DNA of 64,000 bases from Polyangiales bacterium (lineage in GTDB: Bacteria > Myxococcota_A > Polyangia > Polyangiales > Polyangiaceae), in the NCBI GenBank assembly GCA_038230375.1, contig JBBRNJ010000023.1:1-64000 (forward strand), written 5' to 3'. The notes beneath the pieces were generated by a model. It was not told where the DNA came from, did not search any database, and saw only the letters and a list, made by a program, of their open reading frames with translations. Shown here in pieces: positions 45,884-55,392 of this stretch; position 1 is the stretch's first letter, and each line of letters begins with the position of its first letter. Position numbers and translations under genes: made by a program.

Positions 45884-46816
45884 CTACCCTCGCACCGTCA
45901 CGGTGCCCTTCATCATCTCCACCGTCATGGGCAGTCCGCCGACCGCTTCTCCGTCCAGATCGAGCAGGAAATGCGGCTTTGCGGCGCGCTCGTTGTCCAG
46001 TGTCAGCGTGATCTTGTCGCCTCGCAGGTGCATCGCGCCCGGCTGCTTCAGGTGGTCGCCTTTGTAGATCGCAGACGACGTGAGCGCGAAGGCGACCTTG
46101 TTCGTGGGACCCAGCGAGATGATCTCGAAGATGCCGTCGCCCGGATCCGCCATGGGCGCCACGTGCATTCCAGAGCCGAAATACTGGCCGTTGCAGATGG
46201 CGAGCATGAAGGTGCGGATGCGGTGCGTCTCCGTCTTGCCCTCGTGCGTGACCTCCGCGCGCACGTGCCCGAGCTCCGCGCGAAGCAGCGCCTTCAGTGA
46301 TGCGCCGAAGTACGCGGCGGCTCCGCCCAGCGCGCGCGACGCGGTCGCCACGTACCGATCCACGAGCCCGCCCATGCCCGCCGAGACGATGTTCACGAAG
46401 TAGCGCGTGCCTTCCTTGCCGTTGTCGTCGAAGGTGACCTTGCCGACGTCGAGCTTGCGTGTCCGCTCGCCGGTGAGCGCGGTGAGGTACGCGTCCAGGC
46501 GATGTTCGAGACCGAGCGTGCGGCGGAAGTCACCGCCGGTGCCCTGACCAATGATGCCGACCTCTGCATTCGTGCCGGACTCGAGTACGCCGCTCACGAT
46601 CTCGCTGAACGTCCCGTCGCCGCCGACCGCGACCACCAGCGTGGCCCCTTTTTTCGCGCCCTCGCGCGCGAGCTCGATGCCGTGGCCCGCGCGCTCGGTG
46701 AAGACGACCTCGTGCTCGCCGAGCTTCGCCTCGATCACCTTGGCGAGCTCGGGCCAGGCGCGCCCGGTCTTGCCGCCTCCCGACTTCGGATTCACGATGA
46801 GCACGGTCTTGCCCAC
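45884..46816 (-). CDS. Diacylglycerol kinase catalytic family (YegS/Rv2252/BmrU) lipid kinase
   Basis: IVNPKSGGG, VGGDGT, GTGGDF, YFVN, NGQYFGSGM, DGE. Confidence 0.92.
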   Translation of the reverse strand: MGKTVLIVNPKSGGGKTGRAWPELAKVIEAKLGEHEVVFTERAGHGIELAREGAKKGATLVVAVGGDGTFSEIVSGVLESGTNAEVGIIGQGTGGDFRRTLGLEHRLDAYLTALTGERTRKLDVGKVTFDDNGKEGTRYFVNIVSAGMGGLVDRYVATASRALGGAAAYFGASLKALLRAELGHVRAEVTHEGKTETHRIRTFMLAICNGQYFGSGMHVAPMADPGDGIFEIISLGPTNKVAFALTSSAIYKGDHLKQPGAMHLRGDKITLTLDNERAAKPHFLLDLDGEAVGGLPMTVEMMKGTVTVRG

Positions 46817-46818
46817 GA

Positions 46819-47838
46819 TCAGACGCTCGCTTCGTTCTCTGTGAACGTCTCGGGCCACACGATGCCCCGCGCGCGGAGGTCCTCGACCGTGTCGTACAAG
46901 GTCTCGAGCGGATCGCGCGAGGTCCAGCCGAGCTCCGTCTCTGCCTTCGTCGCGTCCAGATACCAGTAGAACTGCGCCATGTCGAAGCTCACCGCGTCGA
47001 TCGGCATGGCCATGCCGATGCGCGACATGATCTTCTCCGCGACCTCGACACCCACACGCGCGATGACCGGCGCACGCGGCACGGTTAACTTCGGCGCGGG
47101 GATCCCCGACACGCGCGAGAGGCGGCCGAAGAACTCCGACAGCGTCAGGTTGCATGAGCCGATGAGGTACTTCTCGCCCGGCTTGCCCTTCAGCATCGCA
47201 AGGCGCATCGCCTCTGCCGCGTCGCGCACGTCCACGTAGGACAGACCGCCCGCGGGTGTGGCCGGGATCTTCTTCTCGAGGAAGAGGCGCACGTCTTCCG
47301 TGGACGAGCCATTCACGTCGCCCGGGCCGAGGAGCAGCGTCGGGTTCACCGAGATGACCTCGAAGTCCGGCGCGTTCATGTCGAGCGCGGCGCTCTCGGC
47401 GAAGTACTTGGAGCGGTAGTACGGCCAGCGCGCGATCGTCGCGAGCGGCGGCGTGAACGACTCGGTCGCGATGAAATCCGGATTGTCGCTGACGGCGATG
47501 GTGCCGCTGGTGCTCGCGACGACGACGCGCTTGATGCCCGCCTTCTTCGCGGCCCCGAGCGTGGTCTTGGTGCCCTCGACGTGGAGCTTGTAGAGCATCT
47601 CCGCGTCCTCGGTGCGACGCGAGACGCGACCGGCGCAGTGATAGAGCGCATCGCAGCCGCGCGCGGCGGCCTCCACGCTGGGGCCGTCCAGGATGTCGCC
47701 CTCGGCCTGTCGCACACGTGAGTCCACGTCGTGCGTCTTCTTGCGCACGAGCGCAACTACCTCGTCGCCTTGATTCGCGAGGAGGTTCAGGAGATGACGC
47801 CCCAAGAAGCCGGTTCCGCCTGTGACGAGCACGCGCAT
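46819..47838 (-). CDS. NAD-dependent epimerase/dehydratase (HpnA/dihydroflavonol reductase-like SDR)
   Basis: VLVTGGTGFLG, YYRSK (YxxxK), VDVRD. Confidence 0.9.
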   Translation of the reverse strand: MRVLVTGGTGFLGRHLLNLLANQGDEVVALVRKKTHDVDSRVRQAEGDILDGPSVEAAARGCDALYHCAGRVSRRTEDAEMLYKLHVEGTKTTLGAAKKAGIKRVVVASTSGTIAVSDNPDFIATESFTPPLATIARWPYYRSKYFAESAALDMNAPDFEVISVNPTLLLGPGDVNGSSTEDVRLFLEKKIPATPAGGLSYVDVRDAAEAMRLAMLKGKPGEKYLIGSCNLTLSEFFGRLSRVSGIPAPKLTVPRAPVIARVGVEVAEKIMSRIGMAMPIDAVSFDMAQFYWYLDATKAETELGWTSRDPLETLYDTVEDLRARGIVWPETFTENEASV

Positions 47839-48035
47839 GAGGACCGCGTTCCTACCAGATTCACGCGGCGCGGGGGAGCCGCCCTTCGATCTGTGGACGG
47901 CCGTTCCCACGTGGCTGTGATCCGACGTCGACCGGGAGAAGAGCCTGTCCGCCGCGAACGGAATGACGCGCCGAAATCCACGGGAAATTCAGTCGATTTC
48001 GTCGCACCTCCGGAGTCGATGGCCCTGGCCTGCCG

Positions 48036-48051
48036 TGGCCTGCCTCTTGCT
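48036..48051 (+). promoter_or_regulatory. Putative sigma-54 promoter
   Basis: TGGCCTGCCTCTTGCT, GG-N10-GC; ATG 13 nt after the GC. Confidence 0.6.
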
Positions 48052-48062
48052 CGACATCGAGC

Positions 48063-48671
48063 ATGCTTTCGCCTCGCTTTGCTTTCTTCGCTGCGTTCTC
48101 CTTGCTTGCGCTCTCTGCACCCGCTGTTTGTGAAGCGGCAGAGGCGCCGATCGCGCGCGCGCCTTCCAAGCCCACGGACCCGCTGTGGGCGCGGCCTCTC
48201 GCGTTCGACGTGCATGGTGGTGTCGGTACGCCGCTCGGGTTCGGCGGCATGTCGATCGACCTCGCGCCGGTTCGGTGGTTCGTGCTCTCCGGCGGCCTCG
48301 GCTTCGGAAAAGCCGGCATTCAAGAGGCCGCGATGGCGCGCTTCCGTGCGCCCATCGGCCACTTCGCGTTCGCGCTGGGCGGCGGCATGTCGACCGGCGC
48401 GTACGAGGCCTCCGACACAAACCCCTTTGGCGACGGCGACAACTGGCACTGGAAGCGCGCCTTCTGGGGCAATGGAGAGGCGTCGATTGAATTCCGCGAC
48501 CACACGGGCGTCGAACTCCGTGCGTACGCAGGTTGGGCCCACCTGGCCAACCCCGTCGCCGACGGTTGCCAGACGGGGAGCGGCAGGACCTGCTCCAACG
48601 CTGCCGGCGGGTTGCTCGTCACGTCCTTCCCCTATGCAGGATTCGCCGCTGGATACGCCTTCGACCTTTGA
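48063..48671 (+). CDS. Exported protein, probable small outer-membrane beta-barrel
   Basis: Signal peptide; alternating Gly/aromatic strands; C-term YAGFAAGYAFDL. Confidence 0.6.
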   Translation: MLSPRFAFFAAFSLLALSAPAVCEAAEAPIARAPSKPTDPLWARPLAFDVHGGVGTPLGFGGMSIDLAPVRWFVLSGGLGFGKAGIQEAAMARFRAPIGHFAFALGGGMSTGAYEASDTNPFGDGDNWHWKRAFWGNGEASIEFRDHTGVELRAYAGWAHLANPVADGCQTGSGRTCSNAAGGLLVTSFPYAGFAAGYAFDL

Positions 48672-48761
48672 CGGCCTTCGTGACACCCCACGAGGTGTGA
48701 GGATCCGCCTTCGCACCGCTTGCTTCTGCGACCGTTTGGTTGCAAATACGCCGGGAAGCCC

Positions 48762-49322
48762 ATGAGACTCGTTCGCGGCACCCTCCTCTCGCTCGCGCTG
48801 GCATGTGTTGCCACGCTCTCGCCGGCCACGGCAGAGGCGGAAGAGATCCGGTTCGCGCAGAACGACGTGCCCACCGTCTTCTTCATCAACAAGAGCGATG
48901 ACCACAACCGCGTGGACTACGGGATGCACCTGAACGCTGACTGCTTGCCCACCACGGAAGGCGCGGTCTTCCCGTACTGGCGCGAGTTCGAGAACTCACC
49001 GCCAGTCCGCACGCACGGCCTGAACACGCTCGAGCGCATCGCGTACGGCATCTCCGAGCAACACATCATCCGCAACGAAGGCAAACGGGACGAGTACACG
49101 ATCCGCCTGAAGCAGCTACCGCGCCCCGTCACGATCGTCACGGAGAAGAGCGCAGACGGAAAGTGCTCCGCGTTCGCGAAGGTCTCCATCAACGGCGCAG
49201 AATCGAAGCTCTCGAACGTGTACGTGAAGCTCGGTGGGTTCCTGAACTCCGTCGACTACATCGAGATCCACGGAAAGAATCTCACGACGAACGCCGCGGT
49301 GATGGAGCGAGTGAAAAAGTAA
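48762..49322 (+). CDS. Exported protein, DUF4833-like
   Basis: Signal AEA; FFINKSDDHNRVDY, PYW, LNTLERIAYG, VDYIEIHG. Confidence 0.75.
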   Translation: MRLVRGTLLSLALACVATLSPATAEAEEIRFAQNDVPTVFFINKSDDHNRVDYGMHLNADCLPTTEGAVFPYWREFENSPPVRTHGLNTLERIAYGISEQHIIRNEGKRDEYTIRLKQLPRPVTIVTEKSADGKCSAFAKVSINGAESKLSNVYVKLGGFLNSVDYIEIHGKNLTTNAAVMERVKK

Positions 49323-49374
49323 CTACTCCGGAGTTCGTCTGGGAAACATCTGCCGCCGGCGGGTCTCGCCCATG

Positions 49375-50880
49375 TCACTCGAGTGTCTCCTTCAGCAGAT
49401 GCTTCGCGATCCGCTCCGTTGCGGTCTTCGGTAGCGACTCACGCACGTGGATTCGCGCCGGCACCTTGAAGTCCGCGAGCCGCTCGCGCGCGAAGGCTCG
49501 CAGCTCCTCGCCGTCGAGCACGGCGCCTGGCTGCGGCACCACGAACGCGACGATGTCCTCTTCGCCGAGCTCCGCGGGCACGCCCACCGCGGCTGCTTCG
49601 CGCACGCCTTCGTGCGATGCGAGCACGCCTTCGATCTCGGCGGCCGCGACGTTCTCACCGCGCCTGCGGATCACTTCCTTCTTGCGCGCGACGAACGTGT
49701 AGAAGCCGTCCGCGTCGCGACGCACCAGATCTCCCGTGCGGAACCATCCGTCGGCCGAGAGCACCTCGCGGGTTCGCGCTTCGTCACCGAAGTAGCCGCG
49801 CATCATGGCAGGATTCTTGAGCCACATCTCGCCCGGTTCACCGTCCGCTGCGTCGCTTCCGTCGTCCGTCACCACGCGAGCGTGGTTCACCGCGCCCAGG
49901 CGCGGGTGCTGGCGCAGCGTGCCCATGGTGCCGTGGCGCGGTGGCACGCCGAGCGGCCAGATCGTTCCGAACGTGTTCTCCGACAGACCATAGCCCACCG
50001 TCATCTTCACGCCGAAGCGCTCCTCGAACGTGCGGTGCTGCGCTTCTGGTAGAGCGAGAGCCGTGTAGACTACACGCATCGCGTGATCGCGATCCGTTGC
50101 CTTCGCCTCCGTCTTGAGCAGGATGTTCACCACGGCGCCCACGGCGTTCACCTCCGTCGCGCCGAGCCGCTTCGCGTCTTGCCAGAACCGCGACGCGGAG
50201 AACTTCGGAAGGAGAGCGAGCCCCGCGCCACACCCCAGCGCCCCCATCGTGGAGTACGCCTGCGCGTTCACGTGGAAGAACGGCAGCACCGCGAGCAGAC
50301 GATCGTCCGCGTTGAGCCCCACCCACGCCGGGAACGCCTCCGCGGTCAGCGTGAACGTCCGGTGCGTGAGCATCACGGCCTTGGGCGAGCCCGTGGTGCC
50401 GGATGTGGCCAGGAGGACGGCGACGTCGTCCGCGGTGACCTTTGCCCGCGGCGCTTGTCCGCGTGCCTGCGCGAGATCCTCGGGCGAGACCAGCACGGGT
50501 CTGTCGTTCTCCGCGAGCGCGAGGCACGCAACGTCGCAGAGCGAGCGATGCTCGTCCGCGACGAGGACGCGCGGCTTCGTGAGCCGAAGCACACCCGCAA
50601 GCTCCGGCGCCTTGTATGCCGGGTTGAGCGGCATGGCGATCGCGCCCAGCTGGTTCGCGGCGAGCCACGCGAAGAGCGTCTCCGGTCTGTTTCCCAGGAC
50701 CATCGCCACGACATCACCATGGCCGACGCCGCGCTCCGCAAGCGCAATGGCGATGCGATCGACCGCCGCGGTGACGTCGGGCAGCGTGTACGAATCACGC
50801 TCGAAAAAAAGCCACGGGCGCGCCCCCGCAAGGGAAGCGCGCCACGTGAGCAGCTCGGGGATCGTCTCCGGAAACTCCAA
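49375..50880 (-). CDS. Acyl-CoA synthetase (AMP-binding, CaiC-like)
   Basis: TSGTTGSPKAV, LPFFHVNAQ, GYGLSE, TGD, RRRGEN, LPKTATERIAK. Confidence 0.92.
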   Translation of the reverse strand: MEFPETIPELLTWRASLAGARPWLFFERDSYTLPDVTAAVDRIAIALAERGVGHGDVVAMVLGNRPETLFAWLAANQLGAIAMPLNPAYKAPELAGVLRLTKPRVLVADEHRSLCDVACLALAENDRPVLVSPEDLAQARGQAPRAKVTADDVAVLLATSGTTGSPKAVMLTHRTFTLTAEAFPAWVGLNADDRLLAVLPFFHVNAQAYSTMGALGCGAGLALLPKFSASRFWQDAKRLGATEVNAVGAVVNILLKTEAKATDRDHAMRVVYTALALPEAQHRTFEERFGVKMTVGYGLSENTFGTIWPLGVPPRHGTMGTLRQHPRLGAVNHARVVTDDGSDAADGEPGEMWLKNPAMMRGYFGDEARTREVLSADGWFRTGDLVRRDADGFYTFVARKKEVIRRRGENVAAAEIEGVLASHEGVREAAAVGVPAELGEEDIVAFVVPQPGAVLDGEELRAFARERLADFKVPARIHVRESLPKTATERIAKHLLKETLE

Positions 50881-50898
50881 GAGCAGTCCCCTCCGTGA

Positions 50899-51576
50899 TC
50901 AGGAGTGAGCGGTGACGAACGGCTTGCCCTTGAGCGACGCGGCGAAGCCATTGTGGACCTCGTTCACGCTGTTCCAGCTCGGGAGCGCGCGCATCGAGCC
51001 CATCCAGCGCGCCACGTTCGGGAAGCGCGAGAGGTCCTGGCCGATCAGGTCGCCGGCGGCGACGATGATCGCCCCGAAGTAGTCCGCGATCGTGATCTCG
51101 TCTCCGCAGAGGTACTTGTCCTTGCCGATGATGTCCTTGTCCAGGATGGCGAGCCACTTCTCGACGTTCTTCTTCCCCCACTCGATGGTGCCCGAGTGCG
51201 CGGCGTCCGACGGGCGCTTGTGGCTCGGGAACGCCTGCGGGTAGATGAGGTTGTAGGCCCAGTCGCGGTAGAACTGTGTGTTGATCCAGTCCATGCGCTC
51301 GTTGACGCGCGCGCGCTTCTTCAGGTCCTTCGGGTATGCGGGAGAGTCGGTCTTGTCCGCCAGGTACTTCATGATCGCGGACGACTCCGAGAGGATGAAG
51401 TCGCCGTCCTCGAGCACGGGGATCATGCCGCTCGGGTTCAGCTTGGTGAAGGGATCCTTCGTGTGCTCACCGACCATGATGTCGACGACGACGGGGTCGA
51501 ACTTGATGCCGGCCTCCGCGCAGAAGAGGAGCACGGGACGCGAGGCAGTAGAGACCGGATGAAAATGCAGCTTCAT
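50899..51576 (-). CDS. Glutathione S-transferase (theta-like, Ser active site)
   Basis: HPVSTASRPV, NPSGMIP, SESSAI, ITIADY. Confidence 0.92.
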   Translation of the reverse strand: MKLHFHPVSTASRPVLLFCAEAGIKFDPVVVDIMVGEHTKDPFTKLNPSGMIPVLEDGDFILSESSAIMKYLADKTDSPAYPKDLKKRARVNERMDWINTQFYRDWAYNLIYPQAFPSHKRPSDAAHSGTIEWGKKNVEKWLAILDKDIIGKDKYLCGDEITIADYFGAIIVAAGDLIGQDLSRFPNVARWMGSMRALPSWNSVNEVHNGFAASLKGKPFVTAHS

Positions 51577-51655
51577 GGTAACCCTCATTGGTGAGAGATC
51601 GATTCGGGGGGCCGAACGGTAAAGCGGGCCCTACCGGATCACAATGGAGAGCGGC

Positions 51656-54079
51656 ATGACACGTCGTTTTGCGATGCAGCGCGGCAACAGCCGGATCGTC
51701 TTTGGGCGCGGGAGCTCGTCCCGGATCCAGGAAGAGCTTGCCACCCTTGGGGCCGAGCGCGTCCTCATCGTCTCCACGGCGGGTCGCAAGACGGAGGCCG
51801 TCGCGCTCGCCGCAGGCCTGGGCACGAGGAGCGCGGGGGTCATGGCGATCGCCCGTGAGCACGTGCCGCGCGCCACGGTGACTGAAGGGCTCGCCACGCT
51901 CGCAAGCGCGAAGGCCGATGCGTTGCTCGCGTTCGGCGGTGGCTCCGCGATCGGCCTCGCGAAGGCGCTCGCGGTGGAGTGCCTCGTGGGGGATCACGAA
52001 GCGCATTCGCATCCCCGTGAGACCCGCATCATCGCCGTGCCCACCACGTACTCCGGTTCCGAGATGACACCCGTGTACGGCATCACCGACGGCGACGACA
52101 AGCGCGTCGCGAAGGATGCGCGCGCGCGTCCGTCGCTCGTCATCTACGATCCCGATCTCCTCGCGAACCTGCCACGCGATACCGCGCTATCCAGCTTGTG
52201 GAACGCCATGGCGCACGCCGTGGAGGCGCTGTGGGCGAACGAGCCCGATCGCGCGACGCTGCTCTCCGCGGAGGAGTCCGTGCGGCTCCTCTGGTCCGCG
52301 CTCTCTCGGCTGTCCGTCAACGGCGCCGATCAGAGTGCATGCGAGCTCGGGCTCGAGGGCGCGTTCCTCGCGGGCGCGGTCTTCGCGGACGTTGGCGGCG
52401 CGCTTCATCACAAGCTGTGTCACGTGCTGGGTGGAAAGCTGGGGCTCGCGCACGCGGCGACGCACGCGGTGCTCCTTCCGCACGTGCTCCGCTTCAACGC
52501 GGCGGCCGCGCCCGAGGCCATGAGCGCCATCGCGCGTGCGATCGGCGCGATCGATCCCGTTGCCGCGTTCGCCCGGCTCTCGCAGGCCACAGCACCTCGC
52601 GGGCTCGCCGCGCTCGGCATGAAGAAGGAGGGCATTGCTGCGGTCGTGGACGTGATGATGAAGACCCCATCGTTCTCGCCACGTGCGATCGATCACGCGT
52701 CACTCACCTCATTGCTCAGCGGCGCGCTCGAGCCCGCTGCGCGCCCCGATGCACCCAAGGTCCGTGCACCGGCGGACATCGGCGAGCAGCGCGGCTTCGC
52801 AGGCACGCACGACTCGGAGGCGCTCCCCGGCGCGCTGCCGAAGAAGCAGAACACGCCGCACCCGGCGCCGTACGGCCTCTTGCCCGAGTGCGTGAACGGC
52901 ACGCCCTTCACCGTGAAGAGCGCGGAGAACGCGCGCACGTTCATGTACCGCGTTCGCGCATCGTTTTCGCACGGGAAATTCCAGCCTCTTCCGCATGCGC
53001 GCTTCGCCTGCACGCTCGGCGATGTCGAACATTCGCGCACGCGCTGGCGTCCGCTTCCCATGCCCGACGCGTCGTCGCGCACCGATTTTCTGGACGGACT
53101 CGTCACGCTCGGTGGCGCGGGCGATCCCGTGGGCGGTCCTGGCTACGCGATCCACCTCTACGCAGCGAACGCGGACATGGCGGATCGCAGCTTCTCGAAC
53201 TCCGATGGCGACATGCTCATCGTGCCACAGACCGGGACCATCGACGTACGGACGGAGCTCGGTTGGCTCCGCGCCGCGCCCGGCACCATCTTGATCATCC
53301 CGCGCGCCATCAAGTTCACCGTCGGCCTCCCCGACGGCCACGCACGCGGCTGGATGCTCGAGGTGTTCGGTCCACGCATCCGCCTTCCCGAGCGCGGCCC
53401 CATCGGTTCGAACGGCCTCGCGGACGCGCGCCATTTCCGTGCGCCCGTCGCCTCGTACGAGGACCGCGAGTGCCCCGGCGGCTTCGACATCGTCACCAAG
53501 CTCGGCGGCCGACTCTCCGTTGCCACGCAGCACCACTCGCCGTTCGACGTGGTCGCATGGCACGGCACGCTCGTGCCCTACGCGTACGATCTGTCGCTCT
53601 TCAACGCGATGGGCTCGGTCACCTGGGATCACGTGGACCCGTCGATCCTCACCGTGCTCACGGCGCCGCTCGACGACAAGGGCCGCGCTGTCTGTGACTT
53701 CGTCGCCTTCACGGGAAGGTGGATGGCCATGGACCACACCTTCCGCCCGCCATACATGCATCGAAACGCAGCGAGCGAGATCAACTGCGTCGTGAGCGTG
53801 AAGTCGGCCGACGGTGGCTACGAGCCGGGCGTCACGTTCCTCTCACCGCTGCTCACCGCGCACGGCGTTGCCACGCACACCTACGATCGCGAGCTCGATA
53901 GGCCTGTAGACCCGAACGAGAAGCCGTTCCGCGTCCCGGACGAGTCACTCTGGGTGATGTTCGAGTCCGCGCTCCCGTTCAGGACGTCCACATGGGCGCA
54001 GACCACGCCCCTGGTCGACGAAGGGTTCCTGGATCAGTTCGAAGGAATGAAGAAGCGCTTCGATCCCACGAAGCCCTGA
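51656..54079 (+). CDS. Maleylacetate reductase fused to homogentisate 1,2-dioxygenase-like domain
   Basis: GGGSAIGLAKA, PTTYSGSEMT, NAMAHAVEA, LHHKLCHVLGG (MAR); SEALPGALP, ERGPIGSNGLA, SPFDVVAWHG, DHVDPSI, RPPYMHRN..SE, AHG (HmgA). Confidence 0.9.
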   Translation: MTRRFAMQRGNSRIVFGRGSSSRIQEELATLGAERVLIVSTAGRKTEAVALAAGLGTRSAGVMAIAREHVPRATVTEGLATLASAKADALLAFGGGSAIGLAKALAVECLVGDHEAHSHPRETRIIAVPTTYSGSEMTPVYGITDGDDKRVAKDARARPSLVIYDPDLLANLPRDTALSSLWNAMAHAVEALWANEPDRATLLSAEESVRLLWSALSRLSVNGADQSACELGLEGAFLAGAVFADVGGALHHKLCHVLGGKLGLAHAATHAVLLPHVLRFNAAAAPEAMSAIARAIGAIDPVAAFARLSQATAPRGLAALGMKKEGIAAVVDVMMKTPSFSPRAIDHASLTSLLSGALEPAARPDAPKVRAPADIGEQRGFAGTHDSEALPGALPKKQNTPHPAPYGLLPECVNGTPFTVKSAENARTFMYRVRASFSHGKFQPLPHARFACTLGDVEHSRTRWRPLPMPDASSRTDFLDGLVTLGGAGDPVGGPGYAIHLYAANADMADRSFSNSDGDMLIVPQTGTIDVRTELGWLRAAPGTILIIPRAIKFTVGLPDGHARGWMLEVFGPRIRLPERGPIGSNGLADARHFRAPVASYEDRECPGGFDIVTKLGGRLSVATQHHSPFDVVAWHGTLVPYAYDLSLFNAMGSVTWDHVDPSILTVLTAPLDDKGRAVCDFVAFTGRWMAMDHTFRPPYMHRNAASEINCVVSVKSADGGYEPGVTFLSPLLTAHGVATHTYDRELDRPVDPNEKPFRVPDESLWVMFESALPFRTSTWAQTTPLVDEGFLDQFEGMKKRFDPTKP

Positions 54080-54081
54080 CC

Positions 54082-55113
54082 TCAAAAGAGCTCGCGGCGC
54101 ACGAGCTCCGTTCCGCGCACCATCGCTGCGAGCTTTCCGAACGCGATCTCTCGCGAGAGGTATTTCATGCCGCAGTCCGGCGCGATCAGCAGCCGCTCCT
54201 TGGGCACGTGCATGAGCGCATTCCGGATCCGCGCCGCGACCACCTCGGCCGTCTCGATCTCCGGATCTCCCAGGCTGATCACGCCGAGCATGATCTTCTT
54301 GGAAGGTAGCTGCTTCAGGATCGCCAGATCCAGGTCTGGCTGCGCCGCCTCGATCGAGATCGCCGTCGCGTTCACGTTCTCGAGCTCCGGAAGAAACGAG
54401 TAGCCGTTCGGCCGCTCGTGGACGATGTGCGCGTAGCCGAAGCAGAGGTGCACGATGGTCTCGCCCGTGACGCCGAGGAGCGCGCGGTTCAGCGCCTTCA
54501 CCGCGTACTTCTTCGCCTCCTCCGGCCGTGCCTGCATGTACGGCTCGTCCAGCTGCACCATCGTGACGCCAGCGGCGAACAGCGCATGGATCTCCTCGTT
54601 CACCGCGGCGGCGTAGTCCATCGCGGCGGCCTCCGCGGTCGCGTAGTGATCGTTCTGTGCCTGCTGCAGCATCGTGAACGGACCGGGCAGGGTGAGCTTG
54701 GTGCTCTTGCTCGTGTTCTTGACCAGGAACTCTGCGTCGCGCACCTCCACCGGACCCTTGCGCCGGATCGGACCGCTGATGCGCGGCACCGGGTTCGGGT
54801 GGCCCGTGCGATCGAGCGCCGTGCCGTGGTTCTCCGTTTCGATGCCGTCGAGCGCGGTCGCGAACCGGTTCGAGTAGCTCTCGCGCCGGATCTCACCGTC
54901 CGTCACGATGTCCACGCCCGCGAGCTCCATGTCGCGGATCGCCACGAGCGTGGCCGCGTCCTGCGCCTCTTCCAGATACTCCGGCGCGACCTTCCAGATC
55001 TCACCGGCGCGCACACGCGGAGGCAACCGGCTCTTCAGGTTCTTGCGATCGACGAGCCAGTCAGGCTGCACATAGCTGCCGACGACGGTGGTAGGGAGAA
55101 CAGGGAGAACCAT
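54082..55113 (-). CDS. Single-barrel cobalamin-independent methionine synthase-like Zn enzyme (MetE C-terminal domain family)
   Basis: TTVVGSY, TDGEIRRESY, QLDEP, HLCFG, APDCG (Zn ligands H-x-C..C). Confidence 0.88.
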   Translation of the reverse strand: MVLPVLPTTVVGSYVQPDWLVDRKNLKSRLPPRVRAGEIWKVAPEYLEEAQDAATLVAIRDMELAGVDIVTDGEIRRESYSNRFATALDGIETENHGTALDRTGHPNPVPRISGPIRRKGPVEVRDAEFLVKNTSKSTKLTLPGPFTMLQQAQNDHYATAEAAAMDYAAAVNEEIHALFAAGVTMVQLDEPYMQARPEEAKKYAVKALNRALLGVTGETIVHLCFGYAHIVHERPNGYSFLPELENVNATAISIEAAQPDLDLAILKQLPSKKIMLGVISLGDPEIETAEVVAARIRNALMHVPKERLLIAPDCGMKYLSREIAFGKLAAMVRGTELVRRELF

Positions 55114-55270
55114 GCGACCTCCGATACTAGCAAAGGTCGTCGCGCTGCCGCCGCTCGAGCGACACAACGCCGCGCCAGCTCACACACGCGCCGAAGCTAT
55201 TTTTCGAAAGCGTGTCCTCCCGCGAGCCTCTCGTGCGTGAATCCCGCCATGAACCACCCGATCATCCTCC

Positions 55271-55300
55271 TTGACCGCGCAGTAGTGATAGAGTTATCAC
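55271..55300 (+). promoter_or_regulatory. -35 box TTGACC plus inverted-repeat operator GTGATA-N4-TATCAC (probable TetR site)
   Basis: Perfect 6-bp palindrome arms at 55285-55300 upstream of the hydrolase-TetR pair. Confidence 0.65.
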
Positions 55301-55392
55301 CAGTCTGGATTTCGCGATGAAGGACACGTCTGCAAGCTCCTCGAGAGGCGAGCAGTCGCACGTTCTTCGGCGTGGACGAGAAGGAGACTCAC

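Noticed and set aside
55197..55265. 22-aa minus-strand ORF (MIGWFMAG..) upstream of the MetE-like gene as a leader peptide
   Set aside because: SD-like AGGAGG abuts the ATG, no attenuator structure seen, and the downstream gene has its own TAGTAT/GGAGG signals
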